Shown in pieces: positions 1 through 9,188 of a stretch of 60,976 nt of DNA. Numbering within the stretch: position 1 is the first letter of the stretch; each line of letters begins with the position of its first letter. The translations under genes and the position numbers were made by a program. The notes beneath the pieces are model-generated. The model saw only the letters and a program-made list of their open reading frames with translations, ran no database searches and was not told where the DNA came from. The stretch lies in the UHGV virus genome UHGV-1377268. One strand, 5' to 3'. This DNA comes from a virus.

Positions 1-199
1 AGCGGCAGCACCTGTAGCAGCGCCTACACCAGCGGCAGCACCTGTAGCAGCGCCTGTGAAAGTGATGACTGAAAAAGCCGCTGGTGCGACTTACGAACAG
101 TTTATTGCACAAGGCTGGACTGACCAGGCAATGATCGACCAGGGTTACATGGTGATGACCACTCCCGCGCCGGGATTTCTCACAGGTAACGGCTACTGA
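1..199 (+). CDS. C-terminal part of gp2.5/DUF2815-like ssDNA-binding protein (continues from 60339..60976 across the record ends)
   Basis: Reading frame beginning at nt 2 is open to TGA 197-199 and joins the end-of-window ORF in frame (cc + a = CCA); encodes (AAPVAAPTP)n Pro/Ala linker then an aromatic C-terminus (..GNGY), like T7 gp2.5. Confidence 0.5.
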   Translation, partial: AAAPVAAPTPAAAPVAAPVKVMTEKAAGATYEQFIAQGWTDQAMIDQGYMVMTTPAPGFLTGNGY

Positions 200-278
200 T
201 AGTTACTGGAACTGGGACGACATACCGCTTTAAACAGACATGGGGCCATAGCGCCCCATTTACTTATCAGGATTTATT

Positions 279-2180
279 ATGAAATTTGATGATTACATTT
301 ACGATCAGGAAACGTATCCCAACTGTTTTCTTTTTGGTGCACGCCATATGGCAAGTGGTCATCGTTATATATTTGAAATTTCACAACGCCGCGATGATCG
401 TGTTCATCTATTTAACTTCTGTGATTATCTGCGTAATAATCACGGACGCGGTGTTGGCTTCAATAGTCTTGGTTTTGACTATCCTATTTTACATAGCATT
501 TTAAATAATATTCAGTATATTACCGTTTTGGATATTTATAATAAAGCTGATAAACTTATAAATGGCACTAAAGAAGAAAAGCGTGCTCAAATGGTCTGGC
601 AAAGCGAATGGTATTTCGCACAATTAGATTTATTTAAAATGCATCATTTTGATTTCAAAGGTAAGCAGAAGCCTAAAAATGATGATGAAGAAAAAATCGG
701 CGGTGTTAGTCTTAAATCGTTAGAGTTTGCGATGCGTATGGATTCTATTGAAGACTTACCATATCCGCCAGGCACATACTTAACCAATGAACAAATAGAT
801 GTTGTCCGCTCATACATGATGCATGACGTTGACGCAACATATGATTTCTATATCAAAAGCGCTGATGACCTTTCATTTCGTGAAGAAATCGGTGCTGAAT
901 ATCAAAGAGATTTTTCAAATACCAGCGACACTAACATAGGTAAAGAATTCTTCATTATTAAATTAGAAGAAGCTGGCATTCCTTGTTATGAGAAAATTTC
1001 AGGCCGTCGTCAGGTTCGTACAACACCAAGACCAGAGATTGTATTAAATAATCTTATTTTCCCTTATGTTCAGTTCGAACGTAAGGAGTTTAACGACGTT
1101 TTAACATTTATTCGCAGTAAAGTTATAAAAGAAACAAAGGGTGTATTTAAAAATCTTACAGCGGATATTGACGGTTTTAAGTTTTTCTTTGGTGTAGGTG
1201 GTATTCATGGTTCAGTAGAATCACGCCATTTACAGAGTAATGCGCAATATGTATTAATTGATGATGATGTGGAATCATATTATCCGAACCTTGCTATTAA
1301 AGGTAGAGTTTACCCGGAACATTTAAGCCCTGTATTCTGTGATGTTTATGACAATCTTTTCCATTACCGCAAACAGTTTAAAAAAGGAACTGGCAAAAAC
1401 AAAATGGTTAAACTGGGTCTGAATGGCACATATGGAAATAGTAACTCAAAATTTAGTCCGTTCTACGATCCTAATTTTACAATGACTATCACACTGAATG
1501 GTCAATTTTTACTTTGTATGTTAGCTGAACAGTTAGTAAAAATTCCCGGACTAATGCTTGTACAGGCTAATACAGACGGTATCACTTATTATGTGCCTCG
1601 GGTGTTTTTACCACAGGTTAACGCAATTCGTGAATGGTGGATGAATCTTACTAAACTTACCCTGGAACAAAACGAATACTCTGATATGTGGATACGTGAT
1701 GTTAACTCATATATAGCACGTTATGCGTCAACAGGAGAACTTAAACGTAAAGGCGCATATGCCTATGGTAAGGATTTGCGATGGGAACAGAATTTCAGCG
1801 GTCAGGTTATCGCAAAAGCTGCGGAAGCTGCACTGGTGTATGGGAAAAACATTAATGACTTTATAACATCACATGAAGACGTTCATGATTTTATGATGCT
1901 TGCCCGTGCTAACCGTAATGCTGAATTGTTTTTCGGTGAACGTAAAGTTCAAAATACAAGTCGTTATTATGTCAGCACCGATGGTGAACCGATCACAAAA
2001 TTTTTACCACCAACTGCAGCACAGCTCAAGAAAGACCCAAATGCTGGTAAACGTGCTGTTGCTATCTGCAAAGGGTGGACAGTAACAGAGTGTAACAATA
2101 TGCAGCGCTTCAACCGGGCAACGCTGAACTATGAGTTTTACATTAAAGAGGCTGAAAAGCTGGTTGCGCCGTTACGGTAA
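279..2180 (+). CDS. DNA polymerase, family A-like polymerase domain only (no exonuclease domains)
   Basis: 633 aa; motif-A-like LIDDDVESYYPN, motif-B-like KxxxNGTYGNSN, motif-C-like LVQANTDGI; sits in a DUF2800 / SSB / polymerase cluster. Confidence 0.7.
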   Translation: MKFDDYIYDQETYPNCFLFGARHMASGHRYIFEISQRRDDRVHLFNFCDYLRNNHGRGVGFNSLGFDYPILHSILNNIQYITVLDIYNKADKLINGTKEEKRAQMVWQSEWYFAQLDLFKMHHFDFKGKQKPKNDDEEKIGGVSLKSLEFAMRMDSIEDLPYPPGTYLTNEQIDVVRSYMMHDVDATYDFYIKSADDLSFREEIGAEYQRDFSNTSDTNIGKEFFIIKLEEAGIPCYEKISGRRQVRTTPRPEIVLNNLIFPYVQFERKEFNDVLTFIRSKVIKETKGVFKNLTADIDGFKFFFGVGGIHGSVESRHLQSNAQYVLIDDDVESYYPNLAIKGRVYPEHLSPVFCDVYDNLFHYRKQFKKGTGKNKMVKLGLNGTYGNSNSKFSPFYDPNFTMTITLNGQFLLCMLAEQLVKIPGLMLVQANTDGITYYVPRVFLPQVNAIREWWMNLTKLTLEQNEYSDMWIRDVNSYIARYASTGELKRKGAYAYGKDLRWEQNFSGQVIAKAAEAALVYGKNINDFITSHEDVHDFMMLARANRNAELFFGERKVQNTSRYYVSTDGEPITKFLPPTAAQLKKDPNAGKRAVAICKGWTVTECNNMQRFNRATLNYEFYIKEAEKLVAPLR

Positions 2181-2220
2181 ACCGTATAGAATTATTTAAA
2201 ACTTACTGAGGCGATAAACA

Positions 2221-2757
2221 ATGCATACTTCACATAAATTCCTTTCTGGTTCCACCATTGGCGTGTTTACGCCGGGTAAAGTTTACAACCGCGTTGACGG
2301 GTTCGTTCGTGACGGGAAATCCCGTGGTTTCTACATTGATGATCGTGGTGAATTCCGCCTGACCGATGACGCACTTTTTGAACCTGTAGAACAGATCGAA
2401 TTGCGTTTACCACGAATGCCGGTTTTCCCGCCGCGCCAGGAACGTTTGAAACTGGCTGCACGCTGGGGTGTTTCTGAAATCAGTATCAGTAACTGGTATA
2501 TGGTTGACGACCTCATGAAACCGTGGCGCATCACTGACGCAATTTTCGGCTCGCACGTTCTGACAGAACCGAACACCACTGTTTTTGCGCCGGGTGAACT
2601 GGCAGAACTGGCTAATACTCGCGGTTACCTGTTATCAGAACTGTCTGTTCGCTGGGGCTATCATCACGGGTGCGAAACCCTGCATTCAATCAGCACCAAC
2701 CCGCGCCGTGTGGCTATCATCTGGGATATGTTAGAAGGAATGAAACGTCATGACTGA
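2221..2757 (+). CDS. hypothetical protein
   Basis: 178 aa ORF with a GAGG RBS, co-directional and tightly packed behind the polymerase gene. Confidence 0.45.
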   Translation: MHTSHKFLSGSTIGVFTPGKVYNRVDGFVRDGKSRGFYIDDRGEFRLTDDALFEPVEQIELRLPRMPVFPPRQERLKLAARWGVSEISISNWYMVDDLMKPWRITDAIFGSHVLTEPNTTVFAPGELAELANTRGYLLSELSVRWGYHHGCETLHSISTNPRRVAIIWDMLEGMKRHD

Positions 2758-3061
2758 TTACAGTAAGTTGAGCGATAGAGAAATCGATCGTCTTGTCTTG
2801 AATACTATTTACGGTGTTCACGCTGACGATAAAGATATTCAGGGTTGTTGGTCACGAGGTGGTTTTAAATATACCAGTGACGCTTCTGACGCATGGCCGA
2901 TTATTACGGGGAATAAAATAGATATTAACTGGGGTGATGATGTGCACCCTGCACTTAAAGGTGCTGTGATTGCTTCAAGAGGAAAACTTAGTGCTACACA
3001 CGATAACCCACTTCGCGCAGCAATGATCGTATTCTTACAGATGCAGGAAAATAAACAATGA
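2750..3061 (+). CDS. hypothetical protein
   Basis: 103 aa ORF whose start overlaps the upstream stop (ATGA). Confidence 0.45.
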   Translation: MTDYSKLSDREIDRLVLNTIYGVHADDKDIQGCWSRGGFKYTSDASDAWPIITGNKIDINWGDDVHPALKGAVIASRGKLSATHDNPLRAAMIVFLQMQENKQ

Positions 3062-3408
3062 AACTCTGCTATATTGCCGGGCCTTACCGCGCTGAGTGTG
3101 CGCTTAAAACATCCCGTAACGTGTCCCGTGCTGAACAAATGGGTAAACGTCTGACGTTAGAGCGTCCTGAATGGTTCCCGGTAATCCCACACAAGAACAC
3201 CGAACTTTGGGACTTCGACGGCGGGTTACGTAATATCCAGCCTGAATACTATCTGTCAGGTACACTCGAAGTTATGCGCCGCTGTGATGCTGTTCTGGTG
3301 CTTCCTGATTATCGTCGTTCGTCTGGTACACTGGCAGAAATTGCAGAGGCTGAACGGCTGGGTATCCCCGTTTATTACAGCGTGGAGAGTGTGCCAGATG
3401 GTGATTAA
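3058..3408 (+). CDS. DUF4406 / nucleoside 2-deoxyribosyltransferase-like protein
   Basis: N-terminal MKLCYIAGPY.. and overall pattern fit the deoxyribosyltransferase-like fold family; start overlaps the upstream stop. Confidence 0.45.
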   Translation: MKLCYIAGPYRAECALKTSRNVSRAEQMGKRLTLERPEWFPVIPHKNTELWDFDGGLRNIQPEYYLSGTLEVMRRCDAVLVLPDYRRSSGTLAEIAEAERLGIPVYYSVESVPDGD

Positions 3409-4480
3409 CATGGAATGCCTGATCGGTATGCGTATGATGCTGGCTGATAATAGTATCGATGCAGTCGTGACGGATCCGCCTTATGGACTCAGTAAACAAC
3501 CTGATATGAACGAAGTTTTACGCCACTGGTTAAACGGTGACGATTATGTTCATACAGGCGGTGGTTTCATGGGTAAAACCTGGGATAGTTTTGTTCCGGG
3601 TCCGTCAGTCTGGAAAGAAGTTTTCCGCGTCCTGAAACCCGGTGGTCATCTGCTGGCGTTTTTCGGAACACGTACCTATGACCTGGGAACACTGGCGATC
3701 CGTTTAGCAGGATTTGAAATCCGCGATCAAATTGACTGGGTTTATGGTTCCGGTTTCCCTAAGTCACTGAATGTGAGTAAGGCCACGGACGATGAACAGT
3801 GGCAAGGATGGGGAACAGCTTTGAAACCTGCTCACGAGCCAATTTGCGTTGCACGTAAACCACTGGCAGGAACTGTTGCTGAAAACGTTCTGCAGTTCGG
3901 TACGGGCGGGATGAATATTGATGACTGTCGGGTTGGCGATGAAGTTCGTTTTAACCCGCCTGCTTTATTACCAGCAGGCGGTAATAGTCTAAATATGTCT
4001 GCTGTTGGTATGCCGGAAAATGTAGATGGTAATACTGTTAGTGGCCGCTGGCCCGCAAACTTCATTCATGATGGTTCAGATGAAGTAATAAACCTGTTGC
4101 CCGGTGGTTCTGAACGTTATTTCTATTGCGCTAAAGCGAGCAAGTCAGACCGTGATGAAGGTGTGATGTTGGCGATGGTAACGGGTGCGGAAATGACCGG
4201 GCGTGAACCTGATACTGACGGGTTAAACAGCCCGCGTGCGGGTGCTGGGCGTACATCTGGCGCACGTAATAACCATCCTACGGTGAAACCTACAGCACTG
4301 ATGCAATGGCTTGTGCGTCTTGTTACACCACCTGGTGGTAAAGTTCTGGATCCGTTCACGGGTAGCGGTTCAACTGGTAAAGCCTGTGCAATTGAAGGTT
4401 TTGATTTTATCGGTTTCGAAATGGATCCACATTATTGTGAAATAGCTAAACAGAGGATTGCTTATGTCCACAATCGTTGA
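3398..4480 (+). CDS. DNA methyltransferase, beta-class N6-adenine/N4-cytosine
   Basis: Catalytic motif IV VVTDPPYG near the N-terminus and AdoMet motif I DPFTGSGSTG near the C-terminus (beta permutation). Confidence 0.8.
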   Translation: MVINMECLIGMRMMLADNSIDAVVTDPPYGLSKQPDMNEVLRHWLNGDDYVHTGGGFMGKTWDSFVPGPSVWKEVFRVLKPGGHLLAFFGTRTYDLGTLAIRLAGFEIRDQIDWVYGSGFPKSLNVSKATDDEQWQGWGTALKPAHEPICVARKPLAGTVAENVLQFGTGGMNIDDCRVGDEVRFNPPALLPAGGNSLNMSAVGMPENVDGNTVSGRWPANFIHDGSDEVINLLPGGSERYFYCAKASKSDRDEGVMLAMVTGAEMTGREPDTDGLNSPRAGAGRTSGARNNHPTVKPTALMQWLVRLVTPPGGKVLDPFTGSGSTGKACAIEGFDFIGFEMDPHYCEIAKQRIAYVHNR

Positions 4481-4697
4481 GTTTAACCCTATGGACCCGG
4501 CGAAACGTCCCACGGGGCGCTTTGCACGGTTGCCACAAACGCGTGAACAGTTCTTGCCGCTTATCGCAATGCAGGGGATTAAAACGGATCCTAACGGTCT
4601 AATCGGAACATCCCTGTTTATGTATCGGACTGAATACCCTGTCCCGGCGTCATGGGTTGAAGTGAGCGTTGAAGAATTACTGAAGGCTGTCTACTAA
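4464..4697 (+). CDS. hypothetical small protein
   Basis: ATG overlaps the methyltransferase C-terminus; 77 aa. Confidence 0.35.
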   Translation: MSTIVEFNPMDPAKRPTGRFARLPQTREQFLPLIAMQGIKTDPNGLIGTSLFMYRTEYPVPASWVEVSVEELLKAVY

Positions 4698-4925
4698 TGC
4701 GTTGTGCGTATAAGCGCATTTAAAATAAATATCCAACCACAAATCATTCACATCAGTTGAATCAGTTCCCGTCAGACCGTTTAGCCGTGGAAGGTTTTCG
4801 GTCTGACACTTCTGAACCAGCGCGGCCTGATAAACGGCTTTCTGCTTCGGTAACTCGTTCGTTGTACAGGCGCTTATATTCAGGAGTAAGACACTCATTA
4901 CGAAAAACAGTGTTGGTTTTTTCAT
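4677..4925 (-). CDS. o-spanin (Rz1-like outer-membrane lipoprotein), nested in i-spanin gene
   Basis: MKKPTLFFVMSVLLLNISAC lipobox signal; embedded in another frame of the Rz-like gene. Confidence 0.55.
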   Translation of the reverse strand: MKKPTLFFVMSVLLLNISACTTNELPKQKAVYQAALVQKCQTENLPRLNGLTGTDSTDVNDLWLDIYFKCAYTHNALVDSLQ

Positions 4926-5160
4926 GACGAATTTCCACAATTTTAGTATTTTGTGACCAGTCAGCAAGACCACGTAAAACATTATCAGCCAACTGTTGCT
5001 GTGCTTTCAAACGTGACTGTTCCTGTTGCGCCTCGTTTAACTTTTCCTGTTTTTCTTCATTCACCCGCGCTTTATACCCCGCCTTGTAACAGGTGATACC
5101 ACCTGCGGCTAAAGCCAGTAAAAGCGCAATAATCGTGATGATAACGCTACGAATAGTCAT
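4762..5160 (-). CDS. i-spanin (Rz-like)
   Basis: N-terminal TMD followed by coiled-coil (EEKQEKLNEAQQEQSRLKAQQQ); last gene of the lysis cassette. Confidence 0.55.
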   Translation of the reverse strand: MTIRSVIITIIALLLALAAGGITCYKAGYKARVNEEKQEKLNEAQQEQSRLKAQQQLADNVLRGLADWSQNTKIVEIRHEKTNTVFRNECLTPEYKRLYNERVTEAESRLSGRAGSEVSDRKPSTAKRSDGN

Positions 5161-5399
5161 GGGTTTAACCCCGCATCAATTTTCTGTTCTTTTATATCCT
5201 TATCAACGGCGATCTTTTTAGCGCCTACATACTGACCGATACAGAAACCGAAGTATGTTAGCAAAACCGTATTATCTAATGTCTGGTCAACTGCCTGGTA
5301 GATGAGGATTCCGGTTACCACGAGGAAACCCAGCGCGGCCTGCGCCCGGCTTAACGAGATACCACCCGCTGCGTTACGAAACATGCTGAACATATCCAT
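5157..5399 (-). CDS. putative holin (two predicted TMDs)
   Basis: 80 aa with two hydrophobic helices; lies between the lysozyme and spanin genes; start overlaps the lysozyme stop. Confidence 0.4.
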   Translation of the reverse strand: MDMFSMFRNAAGGISLSRAQAALGFLVVTGILIYQAVDQTLDNTVLLTYFGFCIGQYVGAKKIAVDKDIKEQKIDAGLNP

Positions 5400-5866
5400 T
5401 AGATAAGCCCCTCATATGCTTTATACGTCCCGTCAATCATAACCTGTGCGTGACGTTTAGCACGGTTCGGTGTTTGTTTAGCCCAGGCACTGTTTAACAT
5501 GCCATTTGCAGCACCTTTGAAATCACCCGTGGAAATTAATTTTAAAGTGTTTTTAAAACCTGCCAGACCAGCAACACCCATCTGATAAGCCATACTCATG
5601 ATGATATCTGTACGGGCATCGTTGCACTGTTTTAAAGCATTGACAATATCAGGATAATTACTAATCTCTGATGTCTTTTGCTTAACGATAGACTGTTTCC
5701 ATACATCACCGACCTCACGGGGAACAGTAAATGTGTAGTTACTTAAAGCAGCCCCTTTAGGACCGATCAAAATACCACCCGCAACTGTCGGATAACCACG
5801 GGTATCAATGTAAGGTTTTTCCTTATACCCTTCTTCAAAGTTCAAAATAGGTATTAATTTGCTCAT
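5399..5866 (-). CDS. endolysin, T4-type lysozyme (GH24)
   Basis: MSKLIPILNFEEGYKEKPYIDTRGYPTVAGGI.. carries the E-x8-D-x5-T catalytic pattern of T4 lysozyme. Confidence 0.8.
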   Translation of the reverse strand: MSKLIPILNFEEGYKEKPYIDTRGYPTVAGGILIGPKGAALSNYTFTVPREVGDVWKQSIVKQKTSEISNYPDIVNALKQCNDARTDIIMSMAYQMGVAGLAGFKNTLKLISTGDFKGAANGMLNSAWAKQTPNRAKRHAQVMIDGTYKAYEGLI

Positions 5867-6186
5867 CTCGTTTCACCCTCTGTACGACGTTGATTTTTAA
5901 GACCTTCGATGACGACTTTTAGATCGTTGGTAGACTGGGTAAGCTCTTTGACGCTGGAAAGGATTTGAGTATTCTGAACAGCCTGATACTCTAATTTTAC
6001 ATCGTGTACATCAACACGGGATTCAATACGTTTTGCGAGGTTATAGGCATTGGTGGCGTTTACCTTTGCGTCAGCTACATCTTTAGCCGTTGCGTTAACC
6101 TGCTGCTGGAGTACGCCGAAACCTACCGCACCAGTTACAATAAATGTTATGATAGGCCAATATTTCAATACCGGATTATCGGACAT
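5863..6186 (-). CDS. membrane protein, holin/antiholin-like (single N-terminal TMD plus coiled coil)
   Basis: 107 aa; WPIITFIVTGAVGFGVL TMD; first gene of the lysis cassette. Confidence 0.3.
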   Translation of the reverse strand: MSDNPVLKYWPIITFIVTGAVGFGVLQQQVNATAKDVADAKVNATNAYNLAKRIESRVDVHDVKLEYQAVQNTQILSSVKELTQSTNDLKVVIEGLKNQRRTEGETR

Positions 6187-6214
6187 TGTTCCACACTCCC
6201 ACGAGGGTTAAAAG

Positions 6215-8113
6215 ATGGCTAACTGCAGTGATTATATCAGTGCTGACGACCTTAAAACAGGTAAACAAGCAGTCCAGCACATTGAACACGTTGCTAAAAG
6301 CAAAGATGCTAACGGTGCACATGCTTTAACTGTAACTGATACTATTCGTGGTGAGCAAGTAACGAACTTGACACTTGACGGTATGGAAACACGGTTTCAG
6401 ACTGCGCAAAATGAACGTGAAACAGAATTTGAAGCATCACAGGCAGACAAAGAAGCACGTTTTCAGCAATTTCTTTTAAGTTCTGGCTATCAGTTTTTAG
6501 GTGATTATGAAAATGGCCCATTCCAGTTCAGTGCCCGTAACCAGTACATTCGCTATAACAACCAGTATTACCGCCTGAATGCTGCTACTGACGTCGGGTT
6601 TACGACCACCGGAACCGATGCAACCAGCTTTGCGAGCGACGTCAGCCATTTCGTTTTGATGGATGGGGATACGCTGCGACAGGAGTTGGCATCAGGTGTG
6701 GTGGGGGCTGGCGATGCCATGTTAGCAGTAAAACAGCCATTCCCCGGATCGTTGCTGCGAACTCAGCATGATAAGAATGCTGAATTTGTCAGTATCACTG
6801 ATTTCTCCGGCGCATTATCGGGCCGGGAAAACGACAGCACTGCCGCATTTGTTGCAGCTTACGCAACTGGTTTACCAGTTTATGTGCCTTACGGGGATTG
6901 GTTCACATCCGACTATCGGTCAGAAAAATTGTTTGGACCTGGAGTCATTTATTCTGACGACAGTTATTTTACTGATTCCGGCGAACGCCCACAACACGGC
7001 GCTATTCAGACAGGAAAACCTATCAACGAGCACTCTGAAACATGGGGTAACAGAGAACGTGCTGTCGGACGTTCTTTAATTGTAAACAACCCCAATGGGC
7101 GTGTTCAGGTATCCGGATTTTCAAACCCATCCCAGTATGCTTCCTATATAAATTCCGACCATGTCGGATACTACATCGGTATGTATGGGCCTAAAAATCA
7201 AACGTTAACTACGGCTGCTTCGACGACGTATACTTCTGACTCGCTAACCGCGCCAGAAATCGTAGAATCAAACGATATCCGCTTGGGTATGTTCGTTAAA
7301 ACTAAGCATTCCACACCATACAAAGGAAAGATTATTGGTGTGGATTACGATTCCAATACAATCACCGTGGACGGATGGTATGCTCAAGGAAACACAGCAT
7401 CCGGACAGGTGCCTGATTCGGGAAAAGCGGCGCTAATTAATGCTGCTGATAAGATGTGGGGACAAAATACAGTTATTTTCCTGGAGCCTGACAGTACGGC
7501 AGTTACCGCTACAGGTTATGAACTGGGATTTCAACTAGACACTGCGCCGGGAAACCCCGTCTGGGGATATCATGCTGTCAACTACAGTGATACTTACTAT
7601 TTGAATCATGCGTTCAGGGCGACAGGGCGGTGGAATATTGCATTTTACGCAACATCGCAGGCCCTTGTAGGTCTACAACATGACGTCGGGGGAGGCAATC
7701 AAACGGCTGTTTTAGTCTCCGACTTGACTGATCAAAACTGGACTGGCTCTGCGGTAAACCTGAACACTAACTTCCGCAAAGCAACGTCGTATCTGGCACA
7801 GATTAGATCAGGGGGAGTAACGCATTTTAGTATTGACTCGCGCGGGGTCAGAAATGTGCAGCGTGAAAGCGTCGCGGTGGTTTCGTCTGGAACAACTATT
7901 ACCGGGTTATCGCCATCGATAATTCTGCTTAATAGCACAACGGACATGATTATTACCATTAGCGCCAGTAATGCGGTTGCAGGACAGTTATTCGAATTTC
8001 GTAATGTTGGTTCAGGAACTGTTACGATAAATACATCTACAACCCTAACAAATGGACAGTACGCTAAGTTCGTATTTGATGGGACTTCCTACATACTACT
8101 CATTAAGGTTTAA
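6215..8113 (+). CDS. tailspike / receptor-binding protein
   Basis: 632 aa with Thr/Ser/Gly/Asn-rich beta-helix-like composition; sits at the tail-gene boundary and converges on the J-like gene. Confidence 0.45.
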   Translation: MANCSDYISADDLKTGKQAVQHIEHVAKSKDANGAHALTVTDTIRGEQVTNLTLDGMETRFQTAQNERETEFEASQADKEARFQQFLLSSGYQFLGDYENGPFQFSARNQYIRYNNQYYRLNAATDVGFTTTGTDATSFASDVSHFVLMDGDTLRQELASGVVGAGDAMLAVKQPFPGSLLRTQHDKNAEFVSITDFSGALSGRENDSTAAFVAAYATGLPVYVPYGDWFTSDYRSEKLFGPGVIYSDDSYFTDSGERPQHGAIQTGKPINEHSETWGNRERAVGRSLIVNNPNGRVQVSGFSNPSQYASYINSDHVGYYIGMYGPKNQTLTTAASTTYTSDSLTAPEIVESNDIRLGMFVKTKHSTPYKGKIIGVDYDSNTITVDGWYAQGNTASGQVPDSGKAALINAADKMWGQNTVIFLEPDSTAVTATGYELGFQLDTAPGNPVWGYHAVNYSDTYYLNHAFRATGRWNIAFYATSQALVGLQHDVGGGNQTAVLVSDLTDQNWTGSAVNLNTNFRKATSYLAQIRSGGVTHFSIDSRGVRNVQRESVAVVSSGTTITGLSPSIILLNSTTDMIITISASNAVAGQLFEFRNVGSGTVTINTSTTLTNGQYAKFVFDGTSYILLIKV

Positions 8114-8117
8114 TTTT

Positions 8118-8297
8118 ATGCAAAATACTCAATATTTTATTGAAGGCAACCTGGTATCATGCACTGTATTTAATGACGCTGGCCTGGCGTTTTATGCAAC
8201 TGCTACAGTAGAAAATGATGACATGACTACGGCTATGTCTTCGGCTCTGACGCAGGCTGAAAAAGCCCGTGATGAATATGAAACTAAAGAGGATTAA
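8118..8297 (+). CDS. hypothetical small protein (cassette copy 1, part a)
   Basis: 59 aa; C-terminal motif MSSALTQAEKARDE is repeated in the 8771..8872 ORF. Confidence 0.3.
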   Translation: MQNTQYFIEGNLVSCTVFNDAGLAFYATATVENDDMTTAMSSALTQAEKARDEYETKED

Positions 8298-8299
8298 TC

Positions 8300-8743
8300 A
8301 TGAAGACTCACTTTATTGCGTTAACTGGGTCATTTAAAGACCTGCCTATACCTGAAGGGGCTAAACCTGGCGATGAGGTTAAATTTAAAATTGACTATGC
8401 AGATCAAGGTGAAAACAGCTTCATGACTTTTGATGTCTACTCAGTTTCCCTCGCAGGAGACGAGACGCCAAAGACTTCTACGGTAGAAACAGAATTACGG
8501 GAAATAATTACCGCCAAATTACGTGATGAAATGGGATGTAAGGCATATGGTTTCGCCGCAGATATCGCCGCAGATATTGCCATCCGCATTAGCCCGCATG
8601 AAGAAATCGGAAGTTTAGCCCAGCTTGGGCTTGCATCGCGGAAGTATATTGCCGCAGTCGACTTGATTGGCGACGCTGTGCGAGCGTCAGGCGCGGGCAG
8701 TGCAGGTGACAACATTTTTGATGTGGCTAAGAAGCTGATTTAA
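8300..8743 (+). CDS. hypothetical protein (MKTH.. paralog 1)
   Basis: 147 aa; begins MKTHF, as does the 8875..9087 ORF. Confidence 0.4.
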   Translation: MKTHFIALTGSFKDLPIPEGAKPGDEVKFKIDYADQGENSFMTFDVYSVSLAGDETPKTSTVETELREIITAKLRDEMGCKAYGFAADIAADIAIRISPHEEIGSLAQLGLASRKYIAAVDLIGDAVRASGAGSAGDNIFDVAKKLI

Positions 8744-8770
8744 CAGCTACATGTTGTTACTTCTTTAGCA

Positions 8771-8872
8771 ATGGCACTGATGTCAGCGCTTGAGCAGGTA
8801 GAGAAAACACGTGATGAAAATCACCTCAGTGAAGAGGCTGAAGATTTCCTGATGGGCCTCTATGGAGAGTAA
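8771..8872 (+). CDS. hypothetical small protein (cassette copy 2, part a)
   Basis: 33 aa, MALMSALEQVEKTRDE.. paralogous to the C-terminus of the 8118..8297 ORF. Confidence 0.25.
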   Translation: MALMSALEQVEKTRDENHLSEEAEDFLMGLYGE

Positions 8873-8874
8873 AA

Positions 8875-9087
8875 ATGAAAACGCATAACTTTTCAGTTAG
8901 TTTGGATATAGCGGTTCGCATGTTTGTTGAGCCGGATGGGAAATTAGTTATTGAAACTGATTATCTCGGCGATATTGAAATCAGAAAAGGCCCTATTTGT
9001 AGTGACTCAGAAGAAAGTCTCCGCATTACTGGGGGATGCAGTTTGCCCAGTGACGAGATGCTTCGCAGTTATAACATAAACTGCTAA
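8875..9087 (+). CDS. hypothetical protein (MKTH.. paralog 2)
   Basis: 70 aa ORF with an RBS; begins MKTHN. Confidence 0.35.
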   Translation: MKTHNFSVSLDIAVRMFVEPDGKLVIETDYLGDIEIRKGPICSDSEESLRITGGCSLPSDEMLRSYNINC

Positions 9088-9160
9088 CCGCGTAGGGCGA
9101 AGATATGGCGATGCCACCGTGGCTGGTCATGACAATATGCGGCGAGTTAGTTAAGGATTG

Positions 9161-9187
9161 ATTTAAGGGCCTTTCGGCCCTTTCTTC
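9161..9187. terminator. bidirectional rho-independent terminator between convergent operons
   Basis: agggcc-tttc-ggccct stem-loop flanked by an A-run on one side and TTCTT on the other. Confidence 0.6.
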
Positions 9188-9188
9188 A

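Noticed and set aside
1-60. 30-bp tandem repeats at both window ends as possible terminal repeats or cos ends
   Set aside because: They are in-frame coding repeats of the SSB Pro/Ala linker, continuous across the junction. This is better explained by circular permutation of the record than by physical termini.
286-504. 72-aa ORF inside the DNA polymerase gene in another frame
   Set aside because: Fully nested in the polymerase coding region; an AT-rich frame artefact.
4697-4740. Possible terminator hairpin after the small gene at 4464..4697 (aatgcg..cgcatt)
   Set aside because: Only a 6-bp stem with a 13-nt loop, and it overlaps the o-spanin 3' end. Too weak to call.
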